A stretch of 64,000 nucleotides of DNA. It comes from Lingula anatina. Taxonomy: Eukaryota > Animalia > Brachiopoda. Location of the stretch: assembly GCA_051362555.1 (NCBI GenBank), contig CM120641.1, positions 10,974,001-11,038,000 on the forward strand, in the 5' to 3' direction. Below, piece by piece: positions 63,776-64,000 of this stretch. A program made the position numbers and the translations under genes. How positions within the stretch are numbered: position 1 is the stretch's first letter; the number at the start of each line of letters is the position of its first letter. The notes beneath the pieces were generated by a model. The model was not told the DNA's origin. It saw only the letters and a list, made by a program, of their open reading frames with translations, and searched no databases.

Positions 63776-63978
63776 GTAAAACTTATTGAAATGTATATAT
63801 GCCTTGTGTGCAGCATGTGACAGGCAGGGCAGGATTTTAGGTTTGCAACTTTTGGTCCTGGGATGGGGAGGAAAGAATTGAAAAGGGTAGGCAAACCAAA
63901 ATGTTGCTCAGACTGTCTACATCAGCATGGGGGCTTTTATTAGATAATTATTGTCATCAGTTGGTGATTTATTTGTAG

Positions 63979-64000
63979 ACAATTATGAAGGACCGCTGGC
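63979..64000 (+). CDS. Start of a duplicated alternative MARK exon (TIMKDRW...), cut by the window end
   Basis: Acceptor TTTATTTGTAG followed by ACAATTATGAAGGACCGCTGG = TIMKDRW, the same peptide that starts exon 63676-63775 but with different synonymous codons. Confidence 0.8.

Overview
AT-rich, intron-rich genomic DNA from an invertebrate animal (a lophotrochozoan such as a mollusc is my inference, based on repeat types and CpG mosaicism). Splicing the exons by hand gives seven protein-coding loci: GCH1 (exons 2-6, +), BANF1 (-) head-to-head with EIF1AD (+), a C20orf85/LLC1-family gene (-) head-to-head with a BRMS1/BRMS1L-like gene (+), a galaxin-like dicysteine-repeat exon (-), and the 5' half of a MARK/PAR-1 kinase (+). 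Most ORFs in the supplied track are spurious. Interspersed mobile DNA includes a miniature LTR element, several MITEs, a 4.1-kb PIF/Harbinger-type TIR element, two families of Helentron/HINE-like elements with internal tandem arrays, a deleted Ty3/Gypsy element with a nested foldback-like transposon, a Tc1 remnant and a truncated Rex1-like LINE. The best-supported highlights are a U12 AT-AC intron in the BRMS1L-like gene, a tandemly duplicated (likely mutually exclusive) MARK exon, and the BANF1-EIF1AD divergent pair also seen in human. More speculative are an extra spliced ORF in the Gypsy 3' region and two convergent degenerate ORFs in the Harbinger-type element. I cannot establish a wholly new biological system from sequence alone. 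Coordinates were counted by hand, and repeat boundaries may be off by a few bases.
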